Part shown: piece after piece, positions 7,863-19,601 of the stretch
How positions within the stretch are numbered: the stretch's first letter is position 1
How the letters are laid out: each line of letters begins with the position of its first letter
Source: Burkholderiales bacterium
Lineage (GTDB): Bacteria > Pseudomonadota > Gammaproteobacteria > Burkholderiales > Burkholderiaceae_C
Reading direction: 5' to 3'
Assembly (NCBI GenBank): GCA_038226155.1
Contig: JBBRQQ010000001.1
Coordinates: 55,548 to 119,547, forward strand
DNA: 64,000 bases
Made by a program: the position numbers and the translations under genes
The notes under the pieces: model-generated
The model's database searches: none
What the model was told of the DNA's origin: nothing
What the model saw: only the letters and a program-made list of their open reading frames with translations

Positions 7863-10772
7863 TCAAGCTGTCTCTAGCGTTCTGGCCACTTCGCGGATTT
7901 CAAAGAACTCCAGGATGTCGCCAACCTGGATGTCGTTGTAACCCTTGACGTTCAAGCCGCACTCGAAGCCTTCCTTGACTTCCTTCGCATCGTCCTTGAA
8001 GCGCTTGAGTGAGTCGAGCTCGCCCGTGAAGACGACGACGTTCTCGCGCAGCAAACGCAGCCTGGCAGCGCGGCGAACCACACCCGCCGTGACCATACAG
8101 CCGGCAATCGAGCCGATCTTGGACACCTTGAACACCTGACGAATCTCGGCATTGCCGATGATTTCTTCTTTTTTGTCCGGTGTCAGCATGCCCGACATGG
8201 CGGCCCTGAGCTCGTCTACTGCGTCATAAATGATGTTGTAGTAACGAATGTCAACGCCGTTGTTCTCTGCCTGCTTGCGCGCCTGTGCATCTGCACGGGT
8301 GTTGAACCCGATCAGTACGGCTTTCGACGCAATCGCCAGGTTGACATCGGATTCCGAAATGCCACCGACACCCGAATACACCAATTGCACCTTGACCTCA
8401 TCGGTCGAGAGTTTGAGCAACGACTGGGCCAGTGCTTCCTGCGAGCCCTGCACGTCGGCCTTGATGATGATGGGCAGCATCTTGACCTCGCCACCACCGA
8501 TGTCGGCAAACATGTTCTCCAGCTTCGAAGCCTGCTGCTTGGCCAGCTTGGTATTGCGGAACTTGCCTGCACGATAGGTGGAAATCTCTCTGGCGCGACG
8601 CTCGTCCAGCATGACGATGAAGTCATCACCGGCCTGGGGAACCTCGGTCAAGCCTTGAATTTCAACCGGAATGGACGGGCCTGCGGTCTTGATGGTTTTG
8701 CCGTTCTCGTCCAGCATGGCGCGCACGCGCCCGTAGGTTGAACCTGCCAGCACCACGTCGCCTGCCTTGAGCGTGCCGGATTGCACCAGCACGGTCGCAA
8801 CCGGACCGCGGCCTTTGTCCAGCCGGGCTTCAATCACCAGGCCTTTGGCCAGCGCGTCAACCGGGGCGCGCAGCTCAAGCACCTCGGCTTGTAGCAACAC
8901 CTGCTCCAGCAGCGTGTCGATGCCGGCACCGGTACGTGCCGACACGGGCACAAACGGTGAGTCACCGCCGAACTCTTCGGGCACCACCTGCTCGGTCACC
9001 AGTTCACCCTTGACGCGATCCAGGTTGGCGTCGGGTTTGTCGATCTTGTTGATGGCCACGACGATGGGAACACCTGCTGCCTTGGCATGCTTGATGGCTT
9101 CCTTCGTCTGCGGCATCACGCCGTCATCCGCTGCGACCACCAGAATCACGATGTCGGTTGCCTGTGCACCACGGGCACGCATGGCGGTAAACGCTTCGTG
9201 GCCCGGGGTATCCAGGAATGAGATCATGCCACGTGGTGTTTCCACATGGTAAGCACCGATGTGCTGGGTAATGCCACCAGCTTCGCCAGAGGCTACCTTG
9301 GCGCGGCGAATATAGTCCAGCAGCGAGGTCTTGCCATGGTCAACGTGACCCATGACGGTAACCACAGGTGCGCGTGGCAACGATTCAGCCTGCTGGCCTT
9401 GCACGTCATCATCGGTGAAGGCTTCCGGATCATCAAGCGACGCAGTGACGGCCTTGTGGCCCATCTCTTCGACCACGATCATCGCGGTGTCCTGATCCAG
9501 CGGCTGGTTGATGGTTGCCATCATGCCAAGTTTCATCAAATGCTTGATCACCTCGCCCGACTTGATACTCATTTTGTGTGCCAGCTCGGAGACTGTGATG
9601 GTCTCGGGCACATGAACCTCAATTACCTTGAACTCGGTGGGCGCTACAAAGTTTGACTCAGTGCGTGCATCGCGGTCGTTGGTGCGTCTGCCGCGCGGGC
9701 CACCCCGGAAGTTGCCGCGTCCAGGTACAGGTGTAGCACCGCGACTTGGCAAGCCTTTTTTCTTGGCTGCTTCATCTTTCCAGGTTGACGACAGGTTCTC
9801 GGACTTGACTTCTTTTTTACCTGCACCGCCCGGGGCTGCAGGTGTGCCTGGCGCGCTTTTGGCTGGGCCGGGCGAGCCGACTGGTTTGTGCAAAGTGCCC
9901 TTGATGGCCGCTTTAGGGTCAACGTGCGGCACCAGTACGCGCTTGGGTGCAGACATCATGGCGCGAATGCCAGCGGCCTCGGCTTCTGCCTTGTGGCGAC
10001 GGTCCTGCAGTTCTTTTGCCTTGGCAGCATCTGCCTGAAATTCTGCGGTGGCCTTCGCTTTAGCGGCAGCTTGAGCAGACGCCTGGACGGCGGCTGCCTC
10101 GGCAACTTTGCCGGCCTGCGCTGCTGCAGCGGCTTCTGCTGCCTTTGAGGCTTCAGGGTTCAGTGCTTTTGCGGGAGTTTTTTGAATCTTCCCAATGCTG
10201 GGTTTGGTTTTCGCCGCAGCATCTGCAGCTGCTTTGGCGCTTTCGGCCTCAGCGACCTGGCGCGCTTCTTCCTGAGCCGCTTCCTTGGCCCCTTGCTCTT
10301 CACGCAGGCGACGTTTTTCGGTCAGTTCTGCCTCTTGGCGGCGTAGCAATTCGGCGTGGCGATTGGCCTCGCCTTCACGCCGGATCAGTTCTGCATCGTC
10401 AACAACCTGTGCCTGGGGGGCAGCAGCCACTTCAGACTGCGCTTCTTCAGCAGGCAAATCAGAACCATCTTCACGTTTGACAAAAGTACGCTTTTTACGC
10501 ACCTCCACCTGAATGGTGCGTGCCTTGCCGGTGGCATCAGCCTGTTTGATTTCACTGGTGGATTTTTTCACCAGCGTGATTTTTTTGCGCTCGGCCGAGA
10601 CAGTGCCATGACTGGCCTGCAAAAACCCAAGCAACTTCTGCTTGTCGGACTCTGACAAATGGTCGCTGGCCTCTGCCTTGGCGACCCCTGCGCTGGTCAA
10701 TTGCTCGATCAGTGTGGCAGTGGATTTATTCAGTTCAGCTGCGAATTCAGCGACGGTAGTGGTACTGGACAT
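7863..10772 (-). CDS. infB: translation initiation factor IF-2
   Basis: [26 protein letters not shown]-domain, A/K/E-rich linker and [17 protein letters not shown]-domain. I chose the start at 10772; the track ORF start at 10877 would overlap nusA. Confidence 0.95.
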   Translation of the reverse strand: MSSTTTVAEFAAELNKSTATLIEQLTSAGVAKAEASDHLSESDKQKLLGFLQASHGTVSAERKKITLVKKSTSEIKQADATGKARTIQVEVRKKRTFVKREDGSDLPAEEAQSEVAAAPQAQVVDDAELIRREGEANRHAELLRRQEAELTEKRRLREEQGAKEAAQEEARQVAEAESAKAAADAAAKTKPSIGKIQKTPAKALNPEASKAAEAAAAAQAGKVAEAAAVQASAQAAAKAKATAEFQADAAKAKELQDRRHKAEAEAAGIRAMMSAPKRVLVPHVDPKAAIKGTLHKPVGSPGPAKSAPGTPAAPGGAGKKEVKSENLSSTWKDEAAKKKGLPSRGATPVPGRGNFRGGPRGRRTNDRDARTESNFVAPTEFKVIEVHVPETITVSELAHKMSIKSGEVIKHLMKLGMMATINQPLDQDTAMIVVEEMGHKAVTASLDDPEAFTDDDVQGQQAESLPRAPVVTVMGHVDHGKTSLLDYIRRAKVASGEAGGITQHIGAYHVETPRGMISFLDTPGHEAFTAMRARGAQATDIVILVVAADDGVMPQTKEAIKHAKAAGVPIVVAINKIDKPDANLDRVKGELVTEQVVPEEFGGDSPFVPVSARTGAGIDTLLEQVLLQAEVLELRAPVDALAKGLVIEARLDKGRGPVATVLVQSGTLKAGDVVLAGSTYGRVRAMLDENGKTIKTAGPSIPVEIQGLTEVPQAGDDFIVMLDERRAREISTYRAGKFRNTKLAKQQASKLENMFADIGGGEVKMLPIIIKADVQGSQEALAQSLLKLSTDEVKVQLVYSGVGGISESDVNLAIASKAVLIGFNTRADAQARKQAENNGVDIRYYNIIYDAVDELRAAMSGMLTPDKKEEIIGNAEIRQVFKVSKIGSIAGCMVTAGVVRRAARLRLLRENVVVFTGELDSLKRFKDDAKEVKEGFECGLNVKGYNDIQVGDILEFFEIREVARTLETA

Positions 10773-10800
10773 ATTTGGTTTTCCTGACTGGCCTCCATGA

Positions 10801-12327
10801 TCATTGCTCTTCGGCAACTGCGGGTGCAGGTGCCACAACAGCAGCCGCTTCATCGGTAAACCAATGTGCGCGTGCAATCATGATGAGGGCAGTGGCTTCG
10901 TCCGCAGACTGGCCGGTAATATCGGTTAGTTCGTCCGTGGCCAGATCGGCCAGGTCGTCGCGGGTGTTGATGCCCGCTGCATTGAGCTTTGCAATCAATT
11001 CAGGAGTCAGGCTCTCGACATCACGCAGGTTTTGCGAGACACCTTCGGCATTTTCTTCCTTGGCAATTTCCATGGTCAGCAGTGCGTCTTTGGCGCGCGT
11101 GCGCAGCTCATTGACGGTGTCTTCGTCAAACGACTCGATCTCCAGCATCTCTTGCAGCGGCACGTAGGCCACTTCTTCGAGGCTGGTGAAGCCTTCGGAG
11201 ATCAGGATATCGGCGATTTCTTCGTCCACATCGAGCTTTTCCATGAACAGCTTGCGGCTGCTATCGGTTTCAAGCGACTGTTTCTCAAGCGACTCGTCGG
11301 CCGTCATGATGTTGATCTTCCAGCCCGTCAATTCGGCTGCCAGACGCACGTTCTGGCCACCACGGCCAATGGAAATAGCCAGATTTTCTTCATCAACCAC
11401 CACGTCCATGGCGTGACGTTCTTCGTCCACCACGATGGACGAGACGTTGGCAGGTGCCAGTGCACCGATAACGAACTGGGCCGGATCTTCGCTCCACAGC
11501 ACGATGTCGACGCGCTCCCCGGCGAGCTCGTTGGTCACGCCATTGACGCGGGTACCGCGCACACCGACGCAGGTGCCAATCGGGTCAACGCGTTTGTCAT
11601 GTGACAGCACGGCGATTTTTGCGCGTGAGCCCGGGTCACGGGCGCAGGATTTGATCTCCAGTAGGCCCTGTTCAATCTCAGGCACTTCCTGGCGGAAAAG
11701 TTCAATCATGTATTCGGGTGCAGAGCGCGACAGAATGATGGGCGCACCACGCAGTGTGTTGTCGACTTCCATAATCATGGCTCGTACGCGATCACCAGAG
11801 CGCAGATTTTCTTTCGGAATCATGTCGCTGCGACGCAGGCGGCCTTCGACGCGGCCGGACTCAACGATAATGTCGCCCTTGTCCATGCGCTTGACAGTGC
11901 CAACAAAGATCTTGTCGCCACGCGACATGAAATCATTGAGCAGCATTTCGCGCTCGGCATCACGAATTTTTTGCAGAATGACCTGCTTGGCTGCCATGGC
12001 ACCAATGCGGCCAATCGGCATGCTTTCAACCGGTTTTTCAATGAAATCGCCTTCTTCGATGTCGGCAATCTCGTCACGCGCGTCACTTACCAGTTCTTCT
12101 GCTTCAGGGTTTTGCAGACCGGCTTCATCCGGCACCACCAGCCAGCGGCGGAAGGTTTCATAGTTGCCGCTGTCACGGTCAACAGCAACCCGGATGTCAA
12201 CTTCACCGGGGTAGATTTTTTTGGTGGCTTGCGCAAGGGCGAGCTCGACCGCGCCGAAAACCACGTCGCGTTCGACATTTTTTTCGCGCGAGATGGCATC
12301 AACCAACATCAACATTTCGCGATTCAT
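10801..12327 (-). CDS. nusA: transcription termination/antitermination factor NusA
   Basis: [38 protein letters not shown]1 and KH regions, and an acidic C-terminal repeat. Confidence 0.95.
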   Translation of the reverse strand: MNREMLMLVDAISREKNVERDVVFGAVELALAQATKKIYPGEVDIRVAVDRDSGNYETFRRWLVVPDEAGLQNPEAEELVSDARDEIADIEEGDFIEKPVESMPIGRIGAMAAKQVILQKIRDAEREMLLNDFMSRGDKIFVGTVKRMDKGDIIVESGRVEGRLRRSDMIPKENLRSGDRVRAMIMEVDNTLRGAPIILSRSAPEYMIELFRQEVPEIEQGLLEIKSCARDPGSRAKIAVLSHDKRVDPIGTCVGVRGTRVNGVTNELAGERVDIVLWSEDPAQFVIGALAPANVSSIVVDEERHAMDVVVDEENLAISIGRGGQNVRLAAELTGWKINIMTADESLEKQSLETDSSRKLFMEKLDVDEEIADILISEGFTSLEEVAYVPLQEMLEIESFDEDTVNELRTRAKDALLTMEIAKEENAEGVSQNLRDVESLTPELIAKLNAAGINTRDDLADLATDELTDITGQSADEATALIMIARAHWFTDEAAAVVAPAPAVAEEQ

Positions 12328-12361
12328 TTCACAGGCCTTTCACTCTAATTTTCTAAATGAC

Positions 12362-12970
12362 TCAAGCCTCAGTGGCTTGGCTGTCTGGTTTGGCTTGCCT
12401 TACTTCTTTGGGCTTGCGGCCTTTGAAGTCAACAATCGGTGCCAGTCGGGCTGACGCAATTTCATCCAAGGTAAAACCCAATGCCTGCAGCGGTGCAGGC
12501 ACTCTTTTTTTGCTCATCTTCTGCCCGGGTTTGCCAACCGGCTCATCACTCCAGACAATTTGCCAGCCACCTGACTCAGCATGCTCCAGCGTTCCCCGAA
12601 ATTTTTTCTGGTTTGCTGATATGGTTGATCCGGCCACTGCGGCCACGCCAATTGGCGCTTTCAATGTCAGGTCAATCAGCTCACCAGCAAAACGCTCAAA
12701 TTCTTTTTCAGTCCGCAGCGACCTGTCGATTCCGGGCGAGCTCACCTCAAGCCGGGAATACGCCGCGCCGTCTACTTCCAGCACAAACTGCAATTGGCGC
12801 GTGACTTTTTCGCAGTCTTCCGCGTTCACAAACTGCTCGGCTTCAGCAACATACGGCATGTCAATCGTCACGCGCAACAAGCCACCACCGGTGCGTTCAA
12901 TGTCAACCAGGTCGTAACCCAGTCCAGTGACGGTTTGCTCGATCGTTTCGTTGGTGCTTTGAGAAGCCAT
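12362..12970 (-). CDS. rimP: ribosome maturation factor RimP
   Basis: GYDLVDIERTGGGLLRVTID and LEVSSPGIDR motifs; first gene of the nusA-infB operon. Confidence 0.9.
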   Translation of the reverse strand: MASQSTNETIEQTVTGLGYDLVDIERTGGGLLRVTIDMPYVAEAEQFVNAEDCEKVTRQLQFVLEVDGAAYSRLEVSSPGIDRSLRTEKEFERFAGELIDLTLKAPIGVAAVAGSTISANQKKFRGTLEHAESGGWQIVWSDEPVGKPGQKMSKKRVPAPLQALGFTLDEIASARLAPIVDFKGRKPKEVRQAKPDSQATEA

Positions 12971-13010
12971 TCAATATCAAAAACAGTATCTAAATCTAAA
13001 AACAAACGCC

Positions 13011-13041
13011 CAAAAAAAATGGGCGGTGAAAACCCGCCCAT
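13011..13041 (-). terminator. Rho-independent terminator downstream of the yej-like operon
   Basis: The minus strand reads ATGGGCGG-GTTTTCA-CCGCCCAT followed by a run of 7 T. It lies 66 nt after the yejF-like stop. Confidence 0.8.
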
Positions 13042-13106
13042 TTGGTCGTGAAGCTAGTATTCTAACCCGTATAACTCCTAATTGCAACCGTATCGGCCTG
13101 CTCGCT

Positions 13107-14711
13107 CTAGCTATGTGCGGCCACCAGCGCTTGGGTATACGGATGCTGCGGCGCTTTTAATATGGCGCTTACCGACCCTGTTTCAACCACCACCCCATCC
13201 TTCATCACCAAAACCTGGTGCGCCATGGCGGCGATCACGTCCACATCGTGGGTGATCAGCAAATAGCTCAAACCGTGCTCCCTTTGCAGCCTCTGCAACA
13301 GTTGCAAAACCTGCTTCTGGATGGTGACGTCCAATGCGCTGGTAGGTTCGTCCAGCACCAATAGTTGCGGTTCTACCATCAGTGCCCGCGCAATGGCGAT
13401 ACGCTGCCTCTGCCCGCCCGAAAACTCGTGCGGATAACGCTGCAGAATATTGGCAAACTGGGCCTCATGCATGCCAACGTCGGCCAATGACTTCAGCACG
13501 CGTTGCCGACGCTCTGCAGCGCTCAGGCCGGGTTGGTACACCTGAAGTCCCTCGCCAACAATTTCTTCAATCGTCATGCGCGGCGACAGCGATGAAAACG
13601 GGTCCTGAAACACCACCTGCATAGCCTGGCGTATGGCTTTATTGCTGGCTGAATGACCGCTCCAGGCCTTGCCGATCACCTCCAGTTGGCCTTCATGCGG
13701 ATGCAGGCCCAGCGCTGCCAACGCCAGACTGGACTTGCCAGAACCCGACTCACCCATCACACCCAGCGTTTGCCCAGCCGGAATCTCAAAACTGGCACCC
13801 CGCACCGCTACAAACCGGCCCGCCTTGAACCAGCCTTTAAACCCCGACATTGAAACCGAATAGCTGACGCGCAGGTCTTTGGCCTTCATCACGGCGGGTA
13901 GTGACAGATCTGGCGTCACCCCGTGAACATCGCGTGTCGGTGTACTTTCGATCAGCTTGCGAGTGTAGGCATGCTGCGGATTGCTGAAAACATGGTCAAC
14001 CGCGCCATGCTCGACGATGTACCCGTCTTCCATCACCGCTACGCGCGTCGCAAAACGGCGCACCAGGTTCAGGTCATGCGTGATCATCAGTACAGCCATG
14101 CCATTTTTTCGCTGCAAATCAGCCAGCAAATCAAGGATTTGGCTGCGCACCGTCACGTCAAGCGCCGTGGTTGGCTCATCGGCTAGCAGCAGCATGGGCT
14201 TGCAAGCCAGCGCCATGGCGATCATGGCGCGCTGGCGCTGGCCACCCGAGAGCTGGTGCGGGAAGGAACGCGCCCGCCGTTCGGGTTCGGCAATGCCCGT
14301 ATCTGCTAGCAATTTAATAGCTGCCTGTGCTGATTCTGATTGGGTCAGGCCCATTTTTAGCTGCAAAACTTCGGCAATCTGGTCGCCCACACTGAAAAGC
14401 GGATTCAGCGCCGTCATCGGCTCCTGAAAAATCATCGAAATGTCCTGCCCACGAATGCCGCGCAACTGGCGTTCCGGGGCCGCCAGCAAATCGACTTCGC
14501 CCGCACGTCCTTGAAACACGGCGCTGCCGCCCAGCGATGCGTTTTGCACCAGCCGCAGCAGGCTAAGGGCGGTCACTGTTTTACCCGAACCTGACTCACC
14601 TACCAGTGCCAGCTTTTCGCCGGGCGCTATTGAAAAGTCAATGCCGTGGACGACCTCTTTGCCCGCAAAAGAAATTCCCAGGCCTTTGACTTCGAGAAGG
14701 GGTTTACTCAT
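13107..14711 (-). CDS. yejF: peptide/microcin-C-type ABC transporter, fused double ATPase
   Basis: Two Walker A motifs (GESGSGKT, GESGSGKS), two LSGGQRQR signatures and two Walker B motifs; 534 aa. Confidence 0.85.
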   Translation of the reverse strand: MSKPLLEVKGLGISFAGKEVVHGIDFSIAPGEKLALVGESGSGKTVTALSLLRLVQNASLGGSAVFQGRAGEVDLLAAPERQLRGIRGQDISMIFQEPMTALNPLFSVGDQIAEVLQLKMGLTQSESAQAAIKLLADTGIAEPERRARSFPHQLSGGQRQRAMIAMALACKPMLLLADEPTTALDVTVRSQILDLLADLQRKNGMAVLMITHDLNLVRRFATRVAVMEDGYIVEHGAVDHVFSNPQHAYTRKLIESTPTRDVHGVTPDLSLPAVMKAKDLRVSYSVSMSGFKGWFKAGRFVAVRGASFEIPAGQTLGVMGESGSGKSSLALAALGLHPHEGQLEVIGKAWSGHSASNKAIRQAMQVVFQDPFSSLSPRMTIEEIVGEGLQVYQPGLSAAERRQRVLKSLADVGMHEAQFANILQRYPHEFSGGQRQRIAIARALMVEPQLLVLDEPTSALDVTIQKQVLQLLQRLQREHGLSYLLITHDVDVIAAMAHQVLVMKDGVVVETGSVSAILKAPQHPYTQALVAAHS

Positions 14712-15748
14712 ATCTGGTTTACTTTTCGGGGATCCAGCGCATCGCGCAAGGCATCACCCATAAAAGTCAGCAGCAGTAAGGTGATGACGAGCACCGCAAA
14801 GGTCGAGAGGGAAATCCACCAGGCATCGATATTTGCCTTCCCCTGGTTGAGCAATTCGCCAAGCGATGGTGTGCCCGGCGGTACGCCCAGGCCCAGAAAA
14901 TCAAGTGCAGTCAGCGCCAAAATAGCGGCACTCATGCGAAACGGCAGGAAGGTGACGACCGGTGTCATGCTGTTAGGCAGTATGTGCCGCCACATGATGT
15001 GCAGATTGCTCACGCCTAACGCTTTTGCGGAGCGCACATAGTCCAGCTGGCGGTTACGTAAAAATTCAGCTCGTACATAGTCGGACAGGCCCATCCAGCC
15101 GAACAAACTGAGCAAAAATAGCAGCAACGCGACGCTGGGCGCAAACACTGCACTGAAAATAATCAGCAAATACAGCTCGGGCATGGAACCCCATATTTCC
15201 ATAAAGCGCTGAAAAATCAGGTCGGTTTTGCCCCCTGCGTAACCCTGTATGGCCCCGGTTATCACGCCAATCACGACACCGATCACCGTCAGCGCCAGAC
15301 CGAAAAGAACACTCAAACGAAACCCGTAGATCAGCTGGGCCAGCAGATCCCTGCCCCGGTCATCGGTGCCAAAAAGATTGTCACGTGACGGCGCAGAAGG
15401 GTTTGGCTCTTTGGCAAAGTAGTTGATGGTTTTCGGGCCATAGGGGTTGGGCGGGTAAACAGCCCAGTTGCTACCCTGCTTTATTTTGTCCTTGATAAAG
15501 GGGTCAAGGTAGTCGGCAGGCGTATCAAAGTCACCGCCGAACGTTTTTTCTGAATAGTCCTTTATCAGGGGAAAGTAGAGCTTGCTCTCATAGCTCACGA
15601 CCAGCGGCTTGTCGTTGGACAGCACCTCGGCAAACAGGCTGAACACCACCAGGACGCAGAACAGCATCAGGCTATAAAACCCAAGCCTGTTACGACTAAA
15701 GCGCTGCCAGGCGCGTTTGCCAGGACTGAGCGACACGGTATTAGTCAA
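14708..15748 (-). CDS. yejE: ABC transporter permease (YejE-like)
   Basis: BPD-type permease with an N-terminal TM helix and a dipeptide-permease-like core. Overlaps yejF by 4 nt. Confidence 0.85.
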   Translation of the reverse strand: MTNTVSLSPGKRAWQRFSRNRLGFYSLMLFCVLVVFSLFAEVLSNDKPLVVSYESKLYFPLIKDYSEKTFGGDFDTPADYLDPFIKDKIKQGSNWAVYPPNPYGPKTINYFAKEPNPSAPSRDNLFGTDDRGRDLLAQLIYGFRLSVLFGLALTVIGVVIGVITGAIQGYAGGKTDLIFQRFMEIWGSMPELYLLIIFSAVFAPSVALLLFLLSLFGWMGLSDYVRAEFLRNRQLDYVRSAKALGVSNLHIMWRHILPNSMTPVVTFLPFRMSAAILALTALDFLGLGVPPGTPSLGELLNQGKANIDAWWISLSTFAVLVITLLLLTFMGDALRDALDPRKVNQI

Positions 15749-16775
15749 ACTTCACCCTTGGGTCTACCCAAACGTAGCAAAGGTCGCTGATCAATTTTGT
15801 AACAAGCCCAATCAGCGTGAAAAGGTAAAGGGTGCCCAGTACCACCGGGTAGTCGCGGCGTATCACGCTTTCATAACTCAGCAGGCCCAGACCATCGAGT
15901 GAAAACAGCGTTTCAATCAGCAGTGAGCCGGTAAAAAAAGCACCAATAAAAGCCGCCGGAAAGCCGGTGATGATGGGTATCAGCGCGTTGCGAAACACAT
16001 GCTTGTACAACACCTTTTGCTCGCTCAAACCCTTGGCGCGCGCCGTCAGCACATATTGCTTTCTGATTTCTTCAAGAAATGAGTTTTTGGTGAGCACCGC
16101 AGTGACGGCAAAACTGCCCAGCACCATGGCAGTAATTGGCAAGGTGATGTGCCACAGGTAGTCCACAATGCGCGCGCCCCAACTCAAGGTTTCCCAGTTG
16201 CTGGATGTCAGCCCGCGCAGCGGAAACCACTGCAATTGCCCGCCAAACACCACCAGCAGCGCCACGCCCAGCACAAAGCCGGGAATGGCGTAGCCAACCA
16301 GTACGATTAGCGTAGTCCAGAAGTCAAACCGCGTCCCTGCCCTGACCGCCTTGGCCACGCCCAGCGGCACGGCGATGAGGTAGCTGATAAAAAACGTCCA
16401 CAAGCCCAGACTGACGGACACTGGCAGTTTGTCCTTGACCAGTTGCCAAACATCCTTATGCTGGTAAAAGCTGTTGCCCAGATCAAAGCGGGCAAACTGC
16501 TTGAGCATCTGCCAAAAGCGTTCATGCACGGGTTTGTCAAAGCCATAAAGCACCTTGATTTCTGCAATGCGCTCCGCGTCCACGCCCTGCCTGCCCCGGT
16601 AACCGCCGCCCGATGCGGCGGCACTCTCGCCGCCAGAGTCACGCCCCTGCAGCTGCGCCACCATTTGCTCGACCGGGCCGCCCGGCACAAACTGCACCAT
16701 GGCGAAGGTCAGCAGCAGCACGCCGAAGAGCGTCGGAATCATCAGCAGCAGGCGTTTGAGGATGTAGCTGGCCAT
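15741..16775 (-). CDS. yejB: ABC transporter permease (YejB-like)
   Basis: [34 protein letters not shown] is a DppB/YejB-type N-terminus. Confidence 0.85.
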   Translation of the reverse strand: MASYILKRLLLMIPTLFGVLLLTFAMVQFVPGGPVEQMVAQLQGRDSGGESAAASGGGYRGRQGVDAERIAEIKVLYGFDKPVHERFWQMLKQFARFDLGNSFYQHKDVWQLVKDKLPVSVSLGLWTFFISYLIAVPLGVAKAVRAGTRFDFWTTLIVLVGYAIPGFVLGVALLVVFGGQLQWFPLRGLTSSNWETLSWGARIVDYLWHITLPITAMVLGSFAVTAVLTKNSFLEEIRKQYVLTARAKGLSEQKVLYKHVFRNALIPIITGFPAAFIGAFFTGSLLIETLFSLDGLGLLSYESVIRRDYPVVLGTLYLFTLIGLVTKLISDLCYVWVDPRVKFD

Positions 16776-18601
16776 TATTTATTGGAACTTGATGCCCACC
16801 AGGTGCTCATCGCCCAGGTGCCGGCTTCGTAATACGGCGGAATGATGGACGGCAGGACAAACCGGCCCGGACGGTAGCCAATCAGGAAGGCATCGCCATA
16901 GTATTGCGGCACAGAGTAAAAACCGTTGGTCAGCACGCGGTCGAGTGTACGCATGGCGGTGGCCAGTTCTGGTCTGGTTTTGGCGCTGACCACTTTTCGT
17001 AGCAGCGCATCAACAGCCGGGTCGGCCAAGCCCCAGACGTTGGACGAGCCGGGTGTTTTGGCAGCCTCGGAGCCCCAGCGCTCCAGCAGTTCGCCGCCAG
17101 GTGCGGTGCTGCCGGGTAGGCGCGCAGTGGTGACTTCAAAATCAAATGCGTCCATTTTTTGTTTAGACAGTGAGAAGTCCACCACGCGGTAGCTCAGCGT
17201 GATACCCAGCTTTTCAAGCGCTTTCTGAAATGGTCCTACAACCCGTATCAGCGACGGTTGATCGCTTAAAAACTCCATGGTGAAAGCTTCTCCCCTGGGG
17301 TTGCGCAGCGCGCCATCTTTGTAGGCCCAGCCCGCCGCTTTCAGCAGCGCTTGAGCCTGGCGGAGATTGTCTCGCAGGCTGTTGGGAGCTTGAGTCGAGG
17401 GCGATACCGGTACGGCACCAAATACCTCGGGTTGGAGCTTGCCGCGCAGCGGTTCCAGCAGCGCCAGCTCGTCAGGTTTAGGCGTACCGGTGGCCTGAAA
17501 TTCACTGTTAGGGAAGTAACCGTTGACGCGTTTGTAGATACCGTAAAAAAGCTGGCGGTTCATCCACTCAAAATCAAGCGCCAAACCAATCGCTTGTCGC
17601 ACCCGAATATCCTGAAACTGTGGCTTGCGCAGATTAAAGATGTAACCCTGAAAATCCCCAGGGTTGCGGTTTTCAAAAGCCCGCTTGACGAGTTCGCCCG
17701 AGGTGAACTGCTTGCCGGTGTACTGGCGCGCCCAGTTGCGCGAAATGAACTCCCTCAGAAAATCATATTCACCAGCCTTGAGTCCTTCAAAGCGTGAGGT
17801 TTCATCGAGGTAAATCTTGAAGGTCACGCGGTCAAAGTTGAACTGGCCCTTGCGCGTAGGAAGGTCCACGCCCCAGTAGTTCGGGTCGCGCACATAAGTG
17901 ATGTCGCGGCCCACGACAGACGTTGCAGGTTTGTAGGGGCCGGAGCCGATCGGTACCTCTTCAACAATCTTGTCAAACGGCTTGCTGCTACCGCCCACTT
18001 GCCCCCAGCGCCTGCTGAACACTGGCATACCACCCACCACCAGTGGCAGTTCCGGGTTGGGCGTTGCAAAGTCAAAACGTACCACCCGCTCGGACACCAC
18101 CGTCACGCCTTTGACCTCAGCGTAAATCGTGCGGTACTGCGGTGCTGCGAGCTTGCTGATGAGCTGGGTGTATGAATGCAGCACGTCGGCAGCCAGCACC
18201 GGCGTGCCGTCGTTAAAACGGGCTTTGCTATTTAAACGGAAAGTGGCAGAAAGCCCGCCCGGTGCAACATCCACATCATCAGCCAGCAAGCCATAAGCCG
18301 TGGTCGGTTCCTCGGAGTTGCCAATCAGCAGACTTTCGATCATCAGCGTGCCGATGCCGTAAGGTGCAGTACCCCGCAGCGTGAAGGGGTTGAACTTGTC
18401 GAAATTGGTAGGCCGGGTCGGCGGCACCATGCGAATCTCGCCGCCCTTGGGCGCTAATGGGTTGACGTGGCTGAAGTTGCTGAAACCGGGGGGGTATTTG
18501 ATGTCACCAAACTGGGCGTAGGCGTGGGCGGCGCTAGCGCATGGCGCCAACCAAGTGGCAACAAGAGCAAATAAAACCGAAAAAACCGATAAAGCGCGCA
18601 T
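16775..18601 (-). CDS. yejA: family-5 extracellular solute-binding protein (YejA-like)
   Basis: About 600 aa with signal peptide [25 protein letters not shown] prefer the start at 18601; the track start at 18637 abuts divergent fabI. Confidence 0.8.
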   Translation of the reverse strand: MRALSVFSVLFALVATWLAPCASAAHAYAQFGDIKYPPGFSNFSHVNPLAPKGGEIRMVPPTRPTNFDKFNPFTLRGTAPYGIGTLMIESLLIGNSEEPTTAYGLLADDVDVAPGGLSATFRLNSKARFNDGTPVLAADVLHSYTQLISKLAAPQYRTIYAEVKGVTVVSERVVRFDFATPNPELPLVVGGMPVFSRRWGQVGGSSKPFDKIVEEVPIGSGPYKPATSVVGRDITYVRDPNYWGVDLPTRKGQFNFDRVTFKIYLDETSRFEGLKAGEYDFLREFISRNWARQYTGKQFTSGELVKRAFENRNPGDFQGYIFNLRKPQFQDIRVRQAIGLALDFEWMNRQLFYGIYKRVNGYFPNSEFQATGTPKPDELALLEPLRGKLQPEVFGAVPVSPSTQAPNSLRDNLRQAQALLKAAGWAYKDGALRNPRGEAFTMEFLSDQPSLIRVVGPFQKALEKLGITLSYRVVDFSLSKQKMDAFDFEVTTARLPGSTAPGGELLERWGSEAAKTPGSSNVWGLADPAVDALLRKVVSAKTRPELATAMRTLDRVLTNGFYSVPQYYGDAFLIGYRPGRFVLPSIIPPYYEAGTWAMSTWWASSSNK

Positions 18602-18637
18602 GCGACAATTCTGCAAGATTTTCAAGAAAGATTGCAC

Positions 18638-19441
18638 ATGGGTTTTCTAACTGGCAAAAAATTATTAATCACAGGGGTATTAAGCAACCGCTCCATTGCC
18701 TACGGCATTGCCAAAGCCTGCCACGCACAAGGCGCAGAGCTGGCCTTCAGCTACCAGGGCGAGCGCTTCAAAGATCGCATTACCGAATTTGCCGCCGACT
18801 TTGGCTCAAAATTAGTGTTTGACTGCGACGTGAGCAGCGACGAACAAATTGCGCAATTGATGACTGACCTGACCCAGACCTGGCCCACCTTCGACGGCTT
18901 TGTCCACGCCATCGGCTACGCCCCGCGCGAAACCATTGCCGGCGACTTTCTCGACGGCCTGTCGCGTGAGGGCATCAAGATTGCCCACGACATCAGCGCG
19001 TACAGTTTCCCAGCCATGGCCAAGGCTGCCCTGCCCTACCTGAACGACAAATCGTCCGTGCTGACGCTGACCTATCTGGGCGCTGAACGCGTGGTGCCCA
19101 ACTACAACACCATGGGCCTGGCCAAGGCCAGCCTGGAGGCATCGGTGCGCTACCTGGCCGAATCACTCGGCAGCAAAAAGCGCGGAATGCGCGCCAACGG
19201 CATCAGCGCCGGCCCTATCAAAACCCTGGCTGCCAGCGGCATCAAGGGCTTCGGCAAAATCCTGAGCGTGGTCGCAGAAGCCTCGCCGATACGCCGCAAT
19301 GTGACGATTGAAGACGTCGGCAACGTCGCCGCGTTTTTGCTCAGTGACCTGGCAGCAGGCGTGAGTGCCGAGATTACCTACGTCGATGGTGGTTTCAGTA
19401 ATGTTGTGGGTGGGATTGCGGAGCCGGCTGATTCGGCCTAA
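18638..19441 (+). CDS. fabI: enoyl-[acyl-carrier-protein] reductase (NADH)
   Basis: [27 protein letters not shown], and [19 protein letters not shown] carrying the Tyr/Lys catalytic motif. Confidence 0.9.
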   Translation: MGFLTGKKLLITGVLSNRSIAYGIAKACHAQGAELAFSYQGERFKDRITEFAADFGSKLVFDCDVSSDEQIAQLMTDLTQTWPTFDGFVHAIGYAPRETIAGDFLDGLSREGIKIAHDISAYSFPAMAKAALPYLNDKSSVLTLTYLGAERVVPNYNTMGLAKASLEASVRYLAESLGSKKRGMRANGISAGPIKTLAASGIKGFGKILSVVAEASPIRRNVTIEDVGNVAAFLLSDLAAGVSAEITYVDGGFSNVVGGIAEPADSA

Positions 19442-19454
19442 AGCCAGCATTTTG

Positions 19455-19535
19455 GCCTGAAAAATGCATTTTTCAGGCACTAAATACGGCTCTAGCCCAA
19501 TAAGTACGGGCGTGAACAGCTATTTTATTTATAGC
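19455..19535 (-). repeat. Intergenic copy D of the dispersed repeat, including a perfect 24-nt palindrome
   Basis: The reverse strand of 19498-19535 reads GCTATAAATAAAATAGCTGTTCACGCCCGTACTTATTG. Positions 19455-19478 read GCCTGAAAAATGCATTTTTCAGGC, which is its own reverse complement. Confidence 0.8.
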
Positions 19536-19601
19536 AATTATTTTTGGTCGAAGCGTTCGACTGGTTTTTTTAATGTCGAAGTTAGGTAAAAGGAACACAT
19601 C

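Noticed and set aside
9900-10500. Repetitive GC-rich DNA in the infB linker (A/K/E/Q-rich) as a possible tandem array or CRISPR-like structure
   Set aside because: This is low-complexity coding sequence of the IF-2 N-terminal linker. It has no regular repeat-spacer periodicity.
11435-12163. Long antisense ORFs inside housekeeping genes (for example 11435-12163 in nusA, 5019-5744 in typA, 3324-4025, 49093-49779 opposite the SOUL gene, 51282-52070 in adh, 53556-54170 in the ATPase)
   Set aside because: They show Ser/Arg/Pro/Ala-rich composition and no motifs, and each lies opposite a confidently identified gene. This is the expected stop-codon-poor antisense frame of GC-rich coding DNA.
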